Source: Spirochaetia bacterium
GTDB taxonomy: Bacteria > Spirochaetota > Spirochaetia > SZUA-6 > Bin103
Reading direction: 5' to 3'
NCBI GenBank assembly: GCA_965203515.1
Contig: OZ241907.1
Coordinates: forward strand, 1,408,001-1,472,000
Length of the DNA stretch: 64,000 nucleotides
In this document: one piece after another, positions 1 to 9,449 of the stretch
Layout of the letters: the number at the start of each line of letters is the position of its first letter
Position numbering within the stretch: the stretch's first letter is position 1
Notes under the pieces: model-generated
Databases searched by the model: none
What the model was told of the DNA's origin: nothing
The model's input: the letters and a program-made list of their open reading frames with translations, nothing else
Made by a program: the position numbers and the translations under genes

Positions 1-234
1 CTGCGTCAGCCGATGGACGTGCACGTCGACGGCGAGGGCACGGTCTACGTGGCCGAGTGCCACCAGCGCATCACCATCTACGATCCGCACGGCGCCGTGA
101 TCTCGCGGTGGGGGGAACGGGGCGAGCCGCCCGGGCGGTTTCCGTCGTTCCTGCACGGCATCTGCACCGACTCGCACGGCGACCTGTACGTGGCCGACGA
201 GCAGCGCCTGCAGAAGTTCGAGCGCGTCCCATGA
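1..234 (+). CDS. NHL-repeat (beta-propeller) protein, 3' end; gene starts before the window
   Basis: Frame is open from base 1. LRQPMDVHVDGEGTVYVAE and HGICTDSHGDLYVAD are NHL-like repeats, and the ORF ends in RLQKF. Confidence 0.75.
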   Translation: MRQPMDVHVDGEGTVYVAECHQRITIYDPHGAVISRWGERGEPPGRFPSFLHGICTDSHGDLYVADEQRLQKFERVP

Positions 235-357
235 CCGGCCCGCACGACCTGTTCGTCGCGCCCGGCGGCGACGACGCCGCGCCGGCCGGAACGCCGCCGG
301 ATGCCCCAGCGCGCCGGCACCCGCTTCGCCGCGACGGCGCCGACTGCCGGAGGCGGG

Positions 358-1500
358 CTACGGCAGCGCCAGCTCGCGGCAGAAGGTCCGGAACGGCAGC
401 ACGCGCACGTCGCTGTCGGCGTCGCCGAAGTCCGCGTCGCCCAGGTGCACCTGATAGAAGCGGGGAATGGCGGTGCGGCGCCGCACGTAGCGGCAGGCGG
501 GGGCCACGTTGCGCGCGCCGCTCTTGCACTCGACGGCGAACTCCGGGTGGCCGTCGCGCAGCACGACGAAGTCGATCTCGCGCCCGTCGGTATCGCGGAG
601 GAAGCGCAGCTCCATCGCGTACCCTTCGGTGTCTTCGATGAAGTGGCAGTACTTGAGCAGATGGCCGGCCACTAGGTTCTCGAAGCGGGCGCCGGGATCG
701 TCCACGCGCGACCAGTCCCAGAAATAGAGCTTCCGTTCCTTGCGCACGGCCCTGATCGAGGTTGACCCGAACGGCGGCACCCGGTAGCAGAGGTAGAGCC
801 GCTCGAACGCCGCGATCCAGCGTTCGACGCTGTCATGCGACGCCTGCAGGAGCTTGCGCAGGCGGTTGACCGACAGCGGCGCTCCCACGCAGGCGGGCAG
901 GTGGGCCAGCAGCAGATCGAGCCGTGATACGTCGCGGACCTGCTCCAGATCGCGCAGGTCCTCGTGCACGACGCGGGCGGAGTGCTCGCGCAGCCAGCGG
1001 CGGTGAAAGCGCTCCTCGCCGCGCAGGAACGGCTCCGGAAACCCGCCGAACCGCAGCAGATGGTCGACCGATCGAGTCTCGGTGAGGTGGCCGCCTTCCG
1101 GCAGGGTGAACGGATGGAGGCGGTAGTAGTGATAGCGCCCCTGCAGGGAATCGCCGCCCTTGCGGTAGTAGTCCAGCCGGGCCGAGCCGGTTACCAGGAA
1201 CGAGATCGATGACCGGTGCGTGTCGTAGAGGCCCTTGATCAGGCCGCGCCATTCCGCGTACTTGTGAAGCTCGTCGAAGATGACGCGCGGCTGGCCCGGC
1301 GGGAGGCGCGCGGCCAGGATCGCCTCCCGGTCGGCGAGATGATCCCAATTCAGGCAGGCCGGCGACGACTCGTCGCTCCCTGCCCCGAGCAGCGACAGCG
1401 CGAACGTGGTCTTGCCGACTTGGCGCGGCCCGCCGACGAACACCATGCGCTCGGCGAGGTCGGCGGTGACGGCGTGGGTGAGGTAGCGCGGCGCGGGCAT
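358..1500 (-). CDS. AAA+ ATP-binding protein (AAA_14 + DUF4143 PD-(D/E)XK-like C-terminus)
   Basis: Walker A GPRQVGKT, Walker B IFDELHK, TGS motif, GGFPE, KLYFWD, and C-terminal REIDFV...AVECKS. Confidence 0.9.
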   Translation of the reverse strand: MPAPRYLTHAVTADLAERMVFVGGPRQVGKTTFALSLLGAGSDESSPACLNWDHLADREAILAARLPPGQPRVIFDELHKYAEWRGLIKGLYDTHRSSISFLVTGSARLDYYRKGGDSLQGRYHYYRLHPFTLPEGGHLTETRSVDHLLRFGGFPEPFLRGEERFHRRWLREHSARVVHEDLRDLEQVRDVSRLDLLLAHLPACVGAPLSVNRLRKLLQASHDSVERWIAAFERLYLCYRVPPFGSTSIRAVRKERKLYFWDWSRVDDPGARFENLVAGHLLKYCHFIEDTEGYAMELRFLRDTDGREIDFVVLRDGHPEFAVECKSGARNVAPACRYVRRRTAIPRFYQVHLGDADFGDADSDVRVLPFRTFCRELALP

Positions 1501-1564
1501 GAGCGTTTTCGGGTATGTCAGAATATACTCATGAGCGCTTTCCGGTCAACCCGAAAACACTCAT
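1499..1564. promoter_or_regulatory. Divergent promoter region with four copies of a 16-bp motif in alternating orientation (candidate operator array)
   Basis: ATGAGCGTTTTCGGGT (1499-1514), degenerate inverted copy (1517-1532), ATGAGCGCTTTCCGGT (1531-1546), inverted ACCCGAAAACACTCAT (1549-1564; 15/16 match to copy 1). A minus-strand TTGACC...TATATT lies inside the array. Confidence 0.6.
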
Positions 1565-1615
1565 TGATCGAAGATGCCTCAACCGCGCGCGGCTGACGTG
1601 GTACGATGGGAGTCG

Positions 1616-3163
1616 ATGTCCAGGCGCCGGCTGCCGATCGGCATCCAGACCTTCCGCGAGCTGCGGGAGGAGAATTGCTACTACGTGGACAAGACCGCCT
1701 ACCTGCAACGGCTGCTCCACGAAGGGAAGCACTACTTCCTGTCGCGCCCGCGTCGGTTCGGCAAGAGCCTGTTCCTGGACACGCTGAAGGAGCTGTTCGA
1801 GGGCAACGAGCCGCTGTTCGCCGGGCTGCAAATCCACGCCGGCTGGAGCTGGTCGGAACGCAATCCGGTGGTGCGGCTGGACTTCGGCAGCGGTCATTTC
1901 CGGGAACCGGGCCTGCTGCACGCCAACCTGGCCGCGCAGTTGGACGGCCTGGAGCAGGCGGCCGGCGTGCGCCCCCGCTACGACACCGCGCCGGAGCGGT
2001 TCGGCTATCTGATCAGATCGCTGCACGAACGCAGCGGGCAGCGGGTCGCGGTGCTGGTGGACGAGTACGACAAGCCGATCCTGGACGCGCTGGGAACGCC
2101 GGCCGCGGCGCGCGCCAACCGCGACTACCTGCGCGGCGTGTACGCGGTGATCAAGTCGAGCGACGCGCACCTGCGGTTCACGTTCCTGACCGGCGTGAGC
2201 AAGTTCTCCAAGGTGAGTCTGTTCTCCGATCTCAACAACCTCATCGACATCACGCTGGACCCGGCCTACTCGTCGATCTGCGGCTACACGGAAGGTGACC
2301 TGGACACCGTGTTCGCCCCGGAACTCGACGGACTGGACCGGGAACGGGTGCGCGACTGGTACGACGGCTATCGCTGGCTGGGCGAGGAATCGGTTTACAA
2401 CCCCTTCGACGTGCTGTTGCTCCTGCGCCGCCGCGAGTTCGCCGCCCACTGGTTCGAGACCGGCACGCCGTCGTTCCTGGTCGACACGCTGTTCGAGCGG
2501 CGGATCTCCTCGGTCTCGCTGCAGGAGATGGTCGGCACTGCGGACCTGCTGTCGGCATTCGACGTGGAGCACATTGGCACCGAGGCGCTGCTGTTCCAGA
2601 CCGGCTACCTGACGATCACGGGGAAGGAGGAGCTGGGCGGCCTGCCGCTGTATCGGCTGGGCTATCCGAACCGGGAAGTGCGGCAGAGCCTGAATCAAGT
2701 CCTGTTGCGCCGCCTGGTGCAGGACGCCGGGCGGCAGACCGCCAACAGCATCCGTCTGGCGCGCCTGCTGGCAGCGCACGACTGCGCCGGCCTGCGGGAG
2801 CTGTTCCATGCCTTCTTCGCCGGCATCCCGTACGAGTGGCACACCAACAACGACATCGCCCGCTACGAGGGGTACTACGCGAGCGTGTTCTATTCCTACT
2901 TCGCGGCGCTGGGGTATGACATCGTGGTGGAGGAGTCGAGCGCGGGCGGGCGGCTGGACATGGCGGTGCGGACCGGCGGCCACGTCTATCTGTTCGAGTT
3001 CAAGGTGGTGGAGACGGCGCCGCCAGGGGGAGCGCTGGCGCAGTTGCGGGAGCGCGGCTACGCGGCCAAGTACCGCGGGCGGGGCGAGCCGATCCACCTG
3101 ATCGGCGTGGAGTTCAGCCGCAAGACGCGCAACGTGACGGCGTTCGAGGTGGCCGACGGCTGA
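1616..3163 (+). CDS. AAA-ATPase-like domain + PD-(D/E)XK nuclease (PDDEXK_9) protein
   Basis: LPIGIQTFRELR..YYVDKT, SRPRRFGKS, LVDEYDKP, YNPFD, GYPNREV, GRLD...LFEFK. Start placed at ATG 1616 (MSRRRLPIG). Confidence 0.9.
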   Translation: MSRRRLPIGIQTFRELREENCYYVDKTAYLQRLLHEGKHYFLSRPRRFGKSLFLDTLKELFEGNEPLFAGLQIHAGWSWSERNPVVRLDFGSGHFREPGLLHANLAAQLDGLEQAAGVRPRYDTAPERFGYLIRSLHERSGQRVAVLVDEYDKPILDALGTPAAARANRDYLRGVYAVIKSSDAHLRFTFLTGVSKFSKVSLFSDLNNLIDITLDPAYSSICGYTEGDLDTVFAPELDGLDRERVRDWYDGYRWLGEESVYNPFDVLLLLRRREFAAHWFETGTPSFLVDTLFERRISSVSLQEMVGTADLLSAFDVEHIGTEALLFQTGYLTITGKEELGGLPLYRLGYPNREVRQSLNQVLLRRLVQDAGRQTANSIRLARLLAAHDCAGLRELFHAFFAGIPYEWHTNNDIARYEGYYASVFYSYFAALGYDIVVEESSAGGRLDMAVRTGGHVYLFEFKVVETAPPGGALAQLRERGYAAKYRGRGEPIHLIGVEFSRKTRNVTAFEVADG

Positions 3164-3169
3164 CGTATA

Positions 3170-6100
3170 TCATCTGCGGTCCTTCGATTCGGGAGCTGCC
3201 TTGAGGTCTTTGGAAACCTCGGCGAGCAGCGCGTCGACGGCGTTGCGGTCGTCACGCGGCAGATCACCGTCGAGCACCACGCGCACGTGGAAGCGCAGGT
3301 CCGACCCCGCGCTTGCCGACAGCAAGCGCGGCAGCAGGTCGGCAAGGTCCTGTATCTGCGCGCCTTCGAGCACCGTCGCGGCGGCGGACGGCTCGACCTT
3401 ATACGGATCGGGCTCGTCGCCGGGCTTGCCGGGGCGTTCCAGCAGCAGGCCGCCGGAATCCTCGTAGCCGCAGTCGACCGGCCGGCTGCCGTCGGACAGG
3501 CTTAGCCAGCGGCTTGCCGCCGACGCCGCGATGCCGTCGCGCACCAGTCCCCACGGCAGCACCGCGCCGCGGCGGCGCGACAGCGCCTGCGTCAGGGCGA
3601 TGCCGTTGGTCCGGCCGTCCCGCCACGCGCCGGGCAGGGCCTCCTCGGTCAGCTCGTGCGCCGCTAGCGGCATGGGCGCCGGGCGGAGCACGGCGTCCCG
3701 GTCGAGCGCGCCGTACGGTATCGGCTCCTTCCAAACCGAGGTGGGGCCGTTGGTGAGCCATACCGTCCCCGCATGCACCGCACGGTGCACCGCATCCCGC
3801 ACCATCGTCTCCGCGCAGCGCGGAATCGCGTGCGGTTCGTCGTAGCCCTCTTTCGGAACCTGCACCACGCGGCCGCCGCCGAAGTACTCCACCACCTCGC
3901 GCAGCGTCACCTTCGGGTCATCGGCCGTATCTCCCCACAATTCCGGCAGGACCCCCGGCTCCAGCAGGCCGTCGGCCAGCGCGCTCAGCCCGGTCTGCGC
4001 CGGCAGGCAGACTTCGAGCTGCGGGTCGTCCCGGGCCGCCGAATCGACCGGCTCGCGCCACCAGGTACGGGTACTGTCGTCGGGCCGAACCAGCCGTCCG
4101 ACGAACAAGCCTCGCTCCACTCCCTTGAAGACGGTGTCGACCAGAATCCGGGGGGCCGGCACCTTCGGCAGCCGCGGACGGCGGGCGAACGCGCCGGCCA
4201 GCTCCCGCACCAGGCGGGCGTGTTCGCCGGCGCGCCACAGATCGTAGGGACCGTCCGGCAGCAGCGCTTCCGCGTCGACCGGCGTCTCCTTGATGCGCGC
4301 GCGCTCGTCGTTCTTGATCTCGGTGAACAACGGCCTGCCGCTCGCCGTCAGCTTGAACGCATGGACCTCGTTGCTCTGGTCGACGGTGACCACGACCGCG
4401 TACGCTTGGCGAACGACGTCGGGAATCCGGGCGCGCGCTTCCCGCAGCCTGCGCCGCAGGCGCTCCGCCTGGACCGGGTCGACCTGATGGTCCGCAAGCT
4501 GCGCCTGCACGTCCTCCCAGCCGAGCAGGGCGAGCACCGACGCGCGCGCCGCTACCAGGCCGTCGCGCGACGGGACGGCCAGGATCACGGCGTTTCTATG
4601 CACGCGCGGCCGCTCCGGCCCGGTCGTGTGGTCGAGGTACGATCGGGCCGCCGCGCTCGGCCGGCCCGCATCGGATGCCGCCTCCGGCCCCAGCAGCACG
4701 TACCGGAAGCTGCCGTCGTCGCGCACGTCGCGCGGCGCGGTCGGCAGGAGGTGCACGCTGGCGCCCGCCGCCTCGGCGCCCTCGGTCAGCGACCTGGTCC
4801 TGCGCACCTCCTGATCCAGCCGCGCCTCGACCGCATCGCCGGTGACCCGCCGCTCGCACGCATCGTCGTGCATCTGGCGCAGGTTGGGGCGGTTGCCGAG
4901 CCGCCAGGAGCCGGGCAGCGGCTGATCGCCGGGCGGTTCGTCCACGCCGGCGTCGGCATCGTCCAGGAACCAGGAGATCTCCCGCCAGCGACGCAGTCCC
5001 TTCTCCAGCTCGATCGCGTCCGGCCCGCAGCTCCCGGCCATCCGCATCAGCTCCGGCGTATGCGCCTTGTGGGTGATCGGCTGCGAGTGGAGGAACACGG
5101 CGATGACCGCCTGCTCGGCTTCGCGGCCGGACCGCAGCGACGGCAACTCGTCCTGAATCTGGCGCGCCTTGGCCAGCTCGGCCTCCAGCAGCGGCGCCCA
5201 CTCGGTCCGGTTCCCGTCGGCGCCGCCGCCCTCGGACGTGGCCACTCCCGCCAGTTCCCGCACCGCCTCCGAGACATCCTGCCGGTCGGGCGCGGCCAAC
5301 AGCGCCGCCGGGCCGATCAGCGGGCTGACGTCCCACCGCTCCGCCTCGCGCAGCGCCGTGGCCAGGATGCGCAGTATGCCGCGCGTGCGCTGGAAGCCTT
5401 CGAGCTGCGTCCAGCGGCTGTAGAAGACGTCCGTCAGGTCCGGGTGAAAGGGGAAGCTGTCGCAGAACCGCTCCTCGGCCGCGGCCCCCGCGCGCGCGGT
5501 CGCGTCGTCGAGCCTGGCGAGCGCCCGCACCACGCCGATCACGTGCGGCCGGAAGGCGGCCGGGTCCTGCATCGCCTCCGGCTCGAAGAACCGGCGGCGC
5601 AGCACCGCCGCCACCTCCTCTTTGCGCACCGGCTGCACCCCCTCCTCACGCTGCCGCCGGAACACGTCGAACAGCGCGGAGATCAGTTCGCGCCCCAGAT
5701 CGCCGCGCTGCTTTGCCGGGTCGGTGGCCAGCAGCGAGGCGACGATCGCCGCCCGGTCGACCTTGGCTACGGCCTGCGTCAGGTACTGGAAGAAGTCGGT
5801 GACGCGGTCGCGCCACACGGGATCGGTTCCCGCCTTCTCGCGGGCGTACATCAGCACTTCGTCGACCAGGATCAGGGTGGCCAGCCCGCGCTTCTGCGGC
5901 CGCTCGATCAGCTTCACCAGCAGCGGTTCGGCCGGCGGCGTCTCGCGCTCCTCGTCGCGGCCGTCGGCGTGCATCGCGCGCAGCCCGTCCGCGCCGGCGA
6001 GCTGGAAGGCCAGCACGCTCCACGGGTGGCGCAGCGTGCGGGTCGCGCCGTCCGGGGCGCGCACCCCGTCGATGCCCCGCTCCACGTCGATCTTGTCGAA

Positions 6101-6508
6101 GCAGAGCGCCACCGGAAACGCGGGCGGCAAGGCGGCGCCGACGTGCTCCCGGAACTCCCGCACCGTCGGCAGGTCAGGCAGCCGCGCGGGATCGCGGAAC
6201 AGGTGGTAGAGCGTGATCAAGGTGTGGGTCTTGCCGCCGCCGTAGGTGAGCTCGAGCTGCCGCACCGCCTTGTCGCTCTGCCCCGCGAGCCGGCCGGCGA
6301 CGTCCTTCACCAGCTCCCGCAGCGCGTGGGTCGGATAAGTGAAGGTGAAGAACCGCGCCGGGTCTTCGTAGACCGGGCGCTGCCCGCGCGCCAGCGTCAC
6401 CTCGTGCAGGTCGGCCGCGAACTCGGCCAGCGACAGCTCCCCCGACCGCAATTCCTCCTTCAGCCGCACGACTTCGTGCCAGGGCGCCGGCCCGCGCTTC
6501 TCCGTCAT
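3170..6508 (-). CDS. DUF499 family AAA+ ATPase (restriction-like defence system component)
   Basis: PWHEVV...EFAADLHEV, Walker A YGGGKTHTL, Walker B LILVDE, FPFHP, FQRTRGILR; 1112 aa. Confidence 0.88.
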   Translation of the reverse strand: MTEKRGPAPWHEVVRLKEELRSGELSLAEFAADLHEVTLARGQRPVYEDPARFFTFTYPTHALRELVKDVAGRLAGQSDKAVRQLELTYGGGKTHTLITLYHLFRDPARLPDLPTVREFREHVGAALPPAFPVALCFDKIDVERGIDGVRAPDGATRTLRHPWSVLAFQLAGADGLRAMHADGRDEERETPPAEPLLVKLIERPQKRGLATLILVDEVLMYAREKAGTDPVWRDRVTDFFQYLTQAVAKVDRAAIVASLLATDPAKQRGDLGRELISALFDVFRRQREEGVQPVRKEEVAAVLRRRFFEPEAMQDPAAFRPHVIGVVRALARLDDATARAGAAAEERFCDSFPFHPDLTDVFYSRWTQLEGFQRTRGILRILATALREAERWDVSPLIGPAALLAAPDRQDVSEAVRELAGVATSEGGGADGNRTEWAPLLEAELAKARQIQDELPSLRSGREAEQAVIAVFLHSQPITHKAHTPELMRMAGSCGPDAIELEKGLRRWREISWFLDDADAGVDEPPGDQPLPGSWRLGNRPNLRQMHDDACERRVTGDAVEARLDQEVRRTRSLTEGAEAAGASVHLLPTAPRDVRDDGSFRYVLLGPEAASDAGRPSAAARSYLDHTTGPERPRVHRNAVILAVPSRDGLVAARASVLALLGWEDVQAQLADHQVDPVQAERLRRRLREARARIPDVVRQAYAVVVTVDQSNEVHAFKLTASGRPLFTEIKNDERARIKETPVDAEALLPDGPYDLWRAGEHARLVRELAGAFARRPRLPKVPAPRILVDTVFKGVERGLFVGRLVRPDDSTRTWWREPVDSAARDDPQLEVCLPAQTGLSALADGLLEPGVLPELWGDTADDPKVTLREVVEYFGGGRVVQVPKEGYDEPHAIPRCAETMVRDAVHRAVHAGTVWLTNGPTSVWKEPIPYGALDRDAVLRPAPMPLAAHELTEEALPGAWRDGRTNGIALTQALSRRRGAVLPWGLVRDGIAASAASRWLSLSDGSRPVDCGYEDSGGLLLERPGKPGDEPDPYKVEPSAAATVLEGAQIQDLADLLPRLLSASAGSDLRFHVRVVLDGDLPRDDRNAVDALLAEVSKDLKAAPESKDRR

Positions 6509-6524
6509 CCTGTTGCCCTCAGCG

Positions 6525-7787
6525 TCATCCGATTACTCCGGTGGCGAATAGAAGACTCATATCGGCTCCGGCATGCCGGTTCTTCAGACGAGGGTGTTCA
6601 TCTCCCTTGATGATGTCCGTCGCCCCATCTTCATCCTTGCCAAAACACAGCGCCTCTTCCGGATTCGCTAATTTCAGGAATACGGGAGAATGGGTCGCGA
6701 CGAGTACTTGCGATGAGTATGCTGAAGCGAGCGAATCGTAGACGGGTTCGAGCGCTAGTGGATGCACGCCGTTCTCCGGTCCCTCCACAAGATATATCTC
6801 GTCTGTGGTCGGCAGATACGGCAGGACGGTAAGGGCCAGAAACCGCAACGTGCCGTCGGCGGTCATCCACGACGGCACCTGTATGCCGGTCTGGTACGAC
6901 AGCATCAGGTACGCGTGTCGATCGTCCGGACGGAAGACGACTCGTATATCTTCCAGGTCGGTCAGGATCGTCCGCACGTGGCGCAACCACTCCTCGTAGT
7001 CCGCCCGGTGATCGTCCCGGAGACGCTCGATGACCCATGGGAGATTGGAGCCGTCGGGCGCGAGTCCGGCGCCGTGCCGATTTGGAGGACTCGCCTGCCG
7101 CATCCTGGAGCCGTCGAGAAACAGCGGCTTGATCCGTGTCTGCAGGTTCCGCTTCACGTACGTAGAGGCCGGGAAATTCTCGGACGACTCCGGCAGATTG
7201 CGGAGCGTCGAACGGCGATCTCCAAATGACATGCTCGCGGCCCGGCCCGGTCCCAACCGTTCGGCAACCTCTACGTTGAAGGTATCGGCGCCATTCCCGC
7301 GCTTGTTCAGTACCGTGCGAATGCCGCGCGGGGTTCCCATCAGTATCGTGTCGGCATCCGCCAGCGGCTCGGGGAACCGGGAGCGGCGGCGTGCGGCAAT
7401 CCTCCGTTCCGGCATCAGGATGCCGCGTTCGGAAGCGATGGACCCGCCGTGCTCCCCTTCGCCGATCGCGACTTCGTAGCGGAATACCTGAAAGTCCTTC
7501 GCCGCAGGAAGGCGGTCCTTCACCTCCTGGGGCAACTGGAACTCCACGGCCAACTCGAACCGCAACGCGCGTTCGGGACGGTCCCATACCAAGTCCTGGA
7601 AATTGCGCGTCCGGCGTTCCAGCGCCGCATCGAGGCCGTCCGCCACCAGGTCGCCGAGGAATGCCACCGCGTCGAACAGGGTGCTCTTGCCGCTGGCGTT
7701 GGGACCGACCATGACGTGAAAGCGGTCGAGCGTGACGTCGACGTGCCGCAGGCAGCGGTAGTTGAGCGCCTGGATACGGCGGATCAC
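6525..7787 (-). CDS. ABC/AAA_21-type ATPase (MAD3-like), possibly catalytically impaired
   Basis: NYRCLR, Walker A GPNASGKS, ADGTLR signature, Walker B region VEGPENGVHP (family usually EEPENG), ATHSP H-loop. Confidence 0.8.
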   Translation of the reverse strand: MIRRIQALNYRCLRHVDVTLDRFHVMVGPNASGKSTLFDAVAFLGDLVADGLDAALERRTRNFQDLVWDRPERALRFELAVEFQLPQEVKDRLPAAKDFQVFRYEVAIGEGEHGGSIASERGILMPERRIAARRRSRFPEPLADADTILMGTPRGIRTVLNKRGNGADTFNVEVAERLGPGRAASMSFGDRRSTLRNLPESSENFPASTYVKRNLQTRIKPLFLDGSRMRQASPPNRHGAGLAPDGSNLPWVIERLRDDHRADYEEWLRHVRTILTDLEDIRVVFRPDDRHAYLMLSYQTGIQVPSWMTADGTLRFLALTVLPYLPTTDEIYLVEGPENGVHPLALEPVYDSLASAYSSQVLVATHSPVFLKLANPEEALCFGKDEDGATDIIKGDEHPRLKNRHAGADMSLLFATGVIG

Positions 7788-7828
7788 GCGCCCACCACGT
7801 TCTTTCTGTCCAAGTCCGTTCCCGACAC

Positions 7829-8662
7829 TTATCTATTCTCGAGGTCGGACCTGCGGCTCAGTAGTGCCTCGAGTTCGGCCAAACGCGCTTCGGCCGCTTG
7901 GCGAGCGGCCGCTTCTTGTTGGACGCGGGCTTCTGCGGCTTGGCGGGCGGCTGCCTCCCGGCGGCGGGCGGCCGCTTCCTGCTCCACGCGAGCCTCCGCC
8001 TCCCGGCGTCGGTCTTCGGCCTCCTGGCGTCGGTCTTCGGCTTCCTGGCGTTGGTCTTCGGTCTCCGCCAAGTCCGGCAGGTCCTCTCCGCTCTCCGGAT
8101 CGTGGAACCGCAGCCGCCGGCCGGCCAGACGCACCTCCAGTCCCAGCACCTCGCTCCGCAGCGCCAACGTCCCGTCCGCCAACTCCCGCTCCGGCAGCCG
8201 CTCGTACGCTCCTTCCACCAACTCCGACCCCTGCAGCGGCGGCTCCAGGTAGTCCCGCGTCGGATCGTACTGCCAGTACTCCCGCACCCCCAGCCGGCGA
8301 TACAACTCCCGCTTCTTCCTCTGGTCTTCCCGCCACGTCGCCCGCGACGTGATCTCCAGCACGAAGTCGGGTCCCTGCCCCTCCTCCCACAGTCGGTACG
8401 ACGAGCGTTCGACGTTGCGCACGCCGAACACCACGAAGACGTCCGGCGCCACCCTCGCGCGCGGATTCCCTTCCTCGTAGTAGATCAGCAGGTTGCCGGA
8501 GGCGTACACGTCGGCGTGGTTGCGGAAGTGGTACCGGAGCCGGTCGACGGCGTACGTCAGGGGAATCCGTTGGGAATCGCTTTCGGCCATCGGCTTGCCG
8601 TCGGAGCTGGGGTACTCTACCGCTGCCGGCGCCGCCAGCGGAGCGCTGAGTGAACTTGCCAT
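7829..8662 (-). CDS. Uma2 family PD-(D/E)XK endonuclease with C-terminal coiled-coil repeats
   Basis: YPSSDGKPMAES, APDVFVVFG, PDFVLEITS, GVREYWQYDP. GGAGG upstream of ATG 8662. Confidence 0.9.
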   Translation of the reverse strand: MASSLSAPLAAPAAVEYPSSDGKPMAESDSQRIPLTYAVDRLRYHFRNHADVYASGNLLIYYEEGNPRARVAPDVFVVFGVRNVERSSYRLWEEGQGPDFVLEITSRATWREDQRKKRELYRRLGVREYWQYDPTRDYLEPPLQGSELVEGAYERLPERELADGTLALRSEVLGLEVRLAGRRLRFHDPESGEDLPDLAETEDQRQEAEDRRQEAEDRRREAEARVEQEAAARRREAAARQAAEARVQQEAAARQAAEARLAELEALLSRRSDLENR

Positions 8663-8719
8663 TCGACCATACCTCCGGACGCCGGCCAGCATAGCACGCC
8701 GCGCGACAGCGCGACAGAC
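7850..8719 (-). repeat. Arm A of a long inverted repeat (Uma2 gene + promoter), partner at ~21077-21930
   Basis: The reverse complement is nearly identical to 21077-21930, including the upstream CGCGCGGCGTGCTATGCTGGCCGGCGTCCGGAGGTATGGTCGAATGGCAA. Ends are approximate. Confidence 0.9.
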
Positions 8720-8784
8720 TCCCTGGGCGATTGGAGAGCTTCCTGTCAGTACCTGCCAACAGAGTGGAAGTGCGCCGCCGGCCG

Positions 8785-8849
8785 GGTCGGCCATCTTGAC
8801 CACCGGATGGCGGCTGAACGCCTCCAGCGCCGGCCCGGTTGCCGCCCAC
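8785..8849 (-). repeat. 65-bp orphan copy of an internal segment of the DUF1156 methylase gene (12624-12688)
   Basis: 64/65 identical in the same orientation; encodes WAATGPALEAFSRHPVVKMAD. Confidence 0.92.
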
Positions 8850-8878
8850 GGCCAGCCTCCCGAGATACACGACATGTT

Positions 8879-9439
8879 CTATCCAGCCGGCCGATGAGAT
8901 GTGTCCTTTCCAGTCGCCGAGTATTTGCCGAGTTCCTGAGAAAACCATTCGACGAACTTGACCGCCGAACGATACATTTGGTATATCTCTTCCGATGTCT
9001 TTTCGAGTGTGTAGCTTCCATAATCCTGATGCACCATCCTGTTTCGCTCTCGCCCGATCTCCATGAACGCCTGAATGGACGAAGACAGATTGTCCCTGTT
9101 GATCAGTGTACTCATGTGGTCCTTGAACGAATCGCCGAACATACTGAAGAATCGGTTCGCGTTACTCGCATCCCAAGAGAACCAGGTATGGTACTGTCGT
9201 TCCACTACCCGTCTCTTGATCAACCACGTAACGACGTGATTCGGTGCCGTCGCAGCCTCCGCGAAAGATACCACTACGTCCGTCAGTTGCCTTTCGAAGT
9301 AGCTCGCGGCAGCCAACAGCAGCGCCTTCCTGAAGTTGGCATCCGCCGTACTTCGCAACGAAATCTCGCCTGCCTCGTCCAACACTGCAAGAAGATCGTC
9401 AAAGTCGCGATGCAATGCATCGACCGGCGTAGCAGCCAT
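8879..9439 (-). CDS. HEPN-domain protein (RiboL-PSP-HEPN / MAE_28990-like; putative RNase effector)
   Basis: LLAAASYFE helix and Rx4H motif RNRMVH. Lies directly downstream of DUF262 and is visibly more AT-rich than the flanks. Confidence 0.75.
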   Translation of the reverse strand: MAATPVDALHRDFDDLLAVLDEAGEISLRSTADANFRKALLLAAASYFERQLTDVVVSFAEAATAPNHVVTWLIKRRVVERQYHTWFSWDASNANRFFSMFGDSFKDHMSTLINRDNLSSSIQAFMEIGRERNRMVHQDYGSYTLEKTSEEIYQMYRSAVKFVEWFSQELGKYSATGKDTSHRPAG

Positions 9440-9449
9440 TGATCGACCG

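Noticed and set aside
8663..8875. N-terminal extension making a methylase-Uma2 fusion protein
   Set aside because: The Uma2 gene has its own promoter box and RBS at 8662-8696, identical to the copy at 21100-21134. The extension merely reads through the 65-bp scar.
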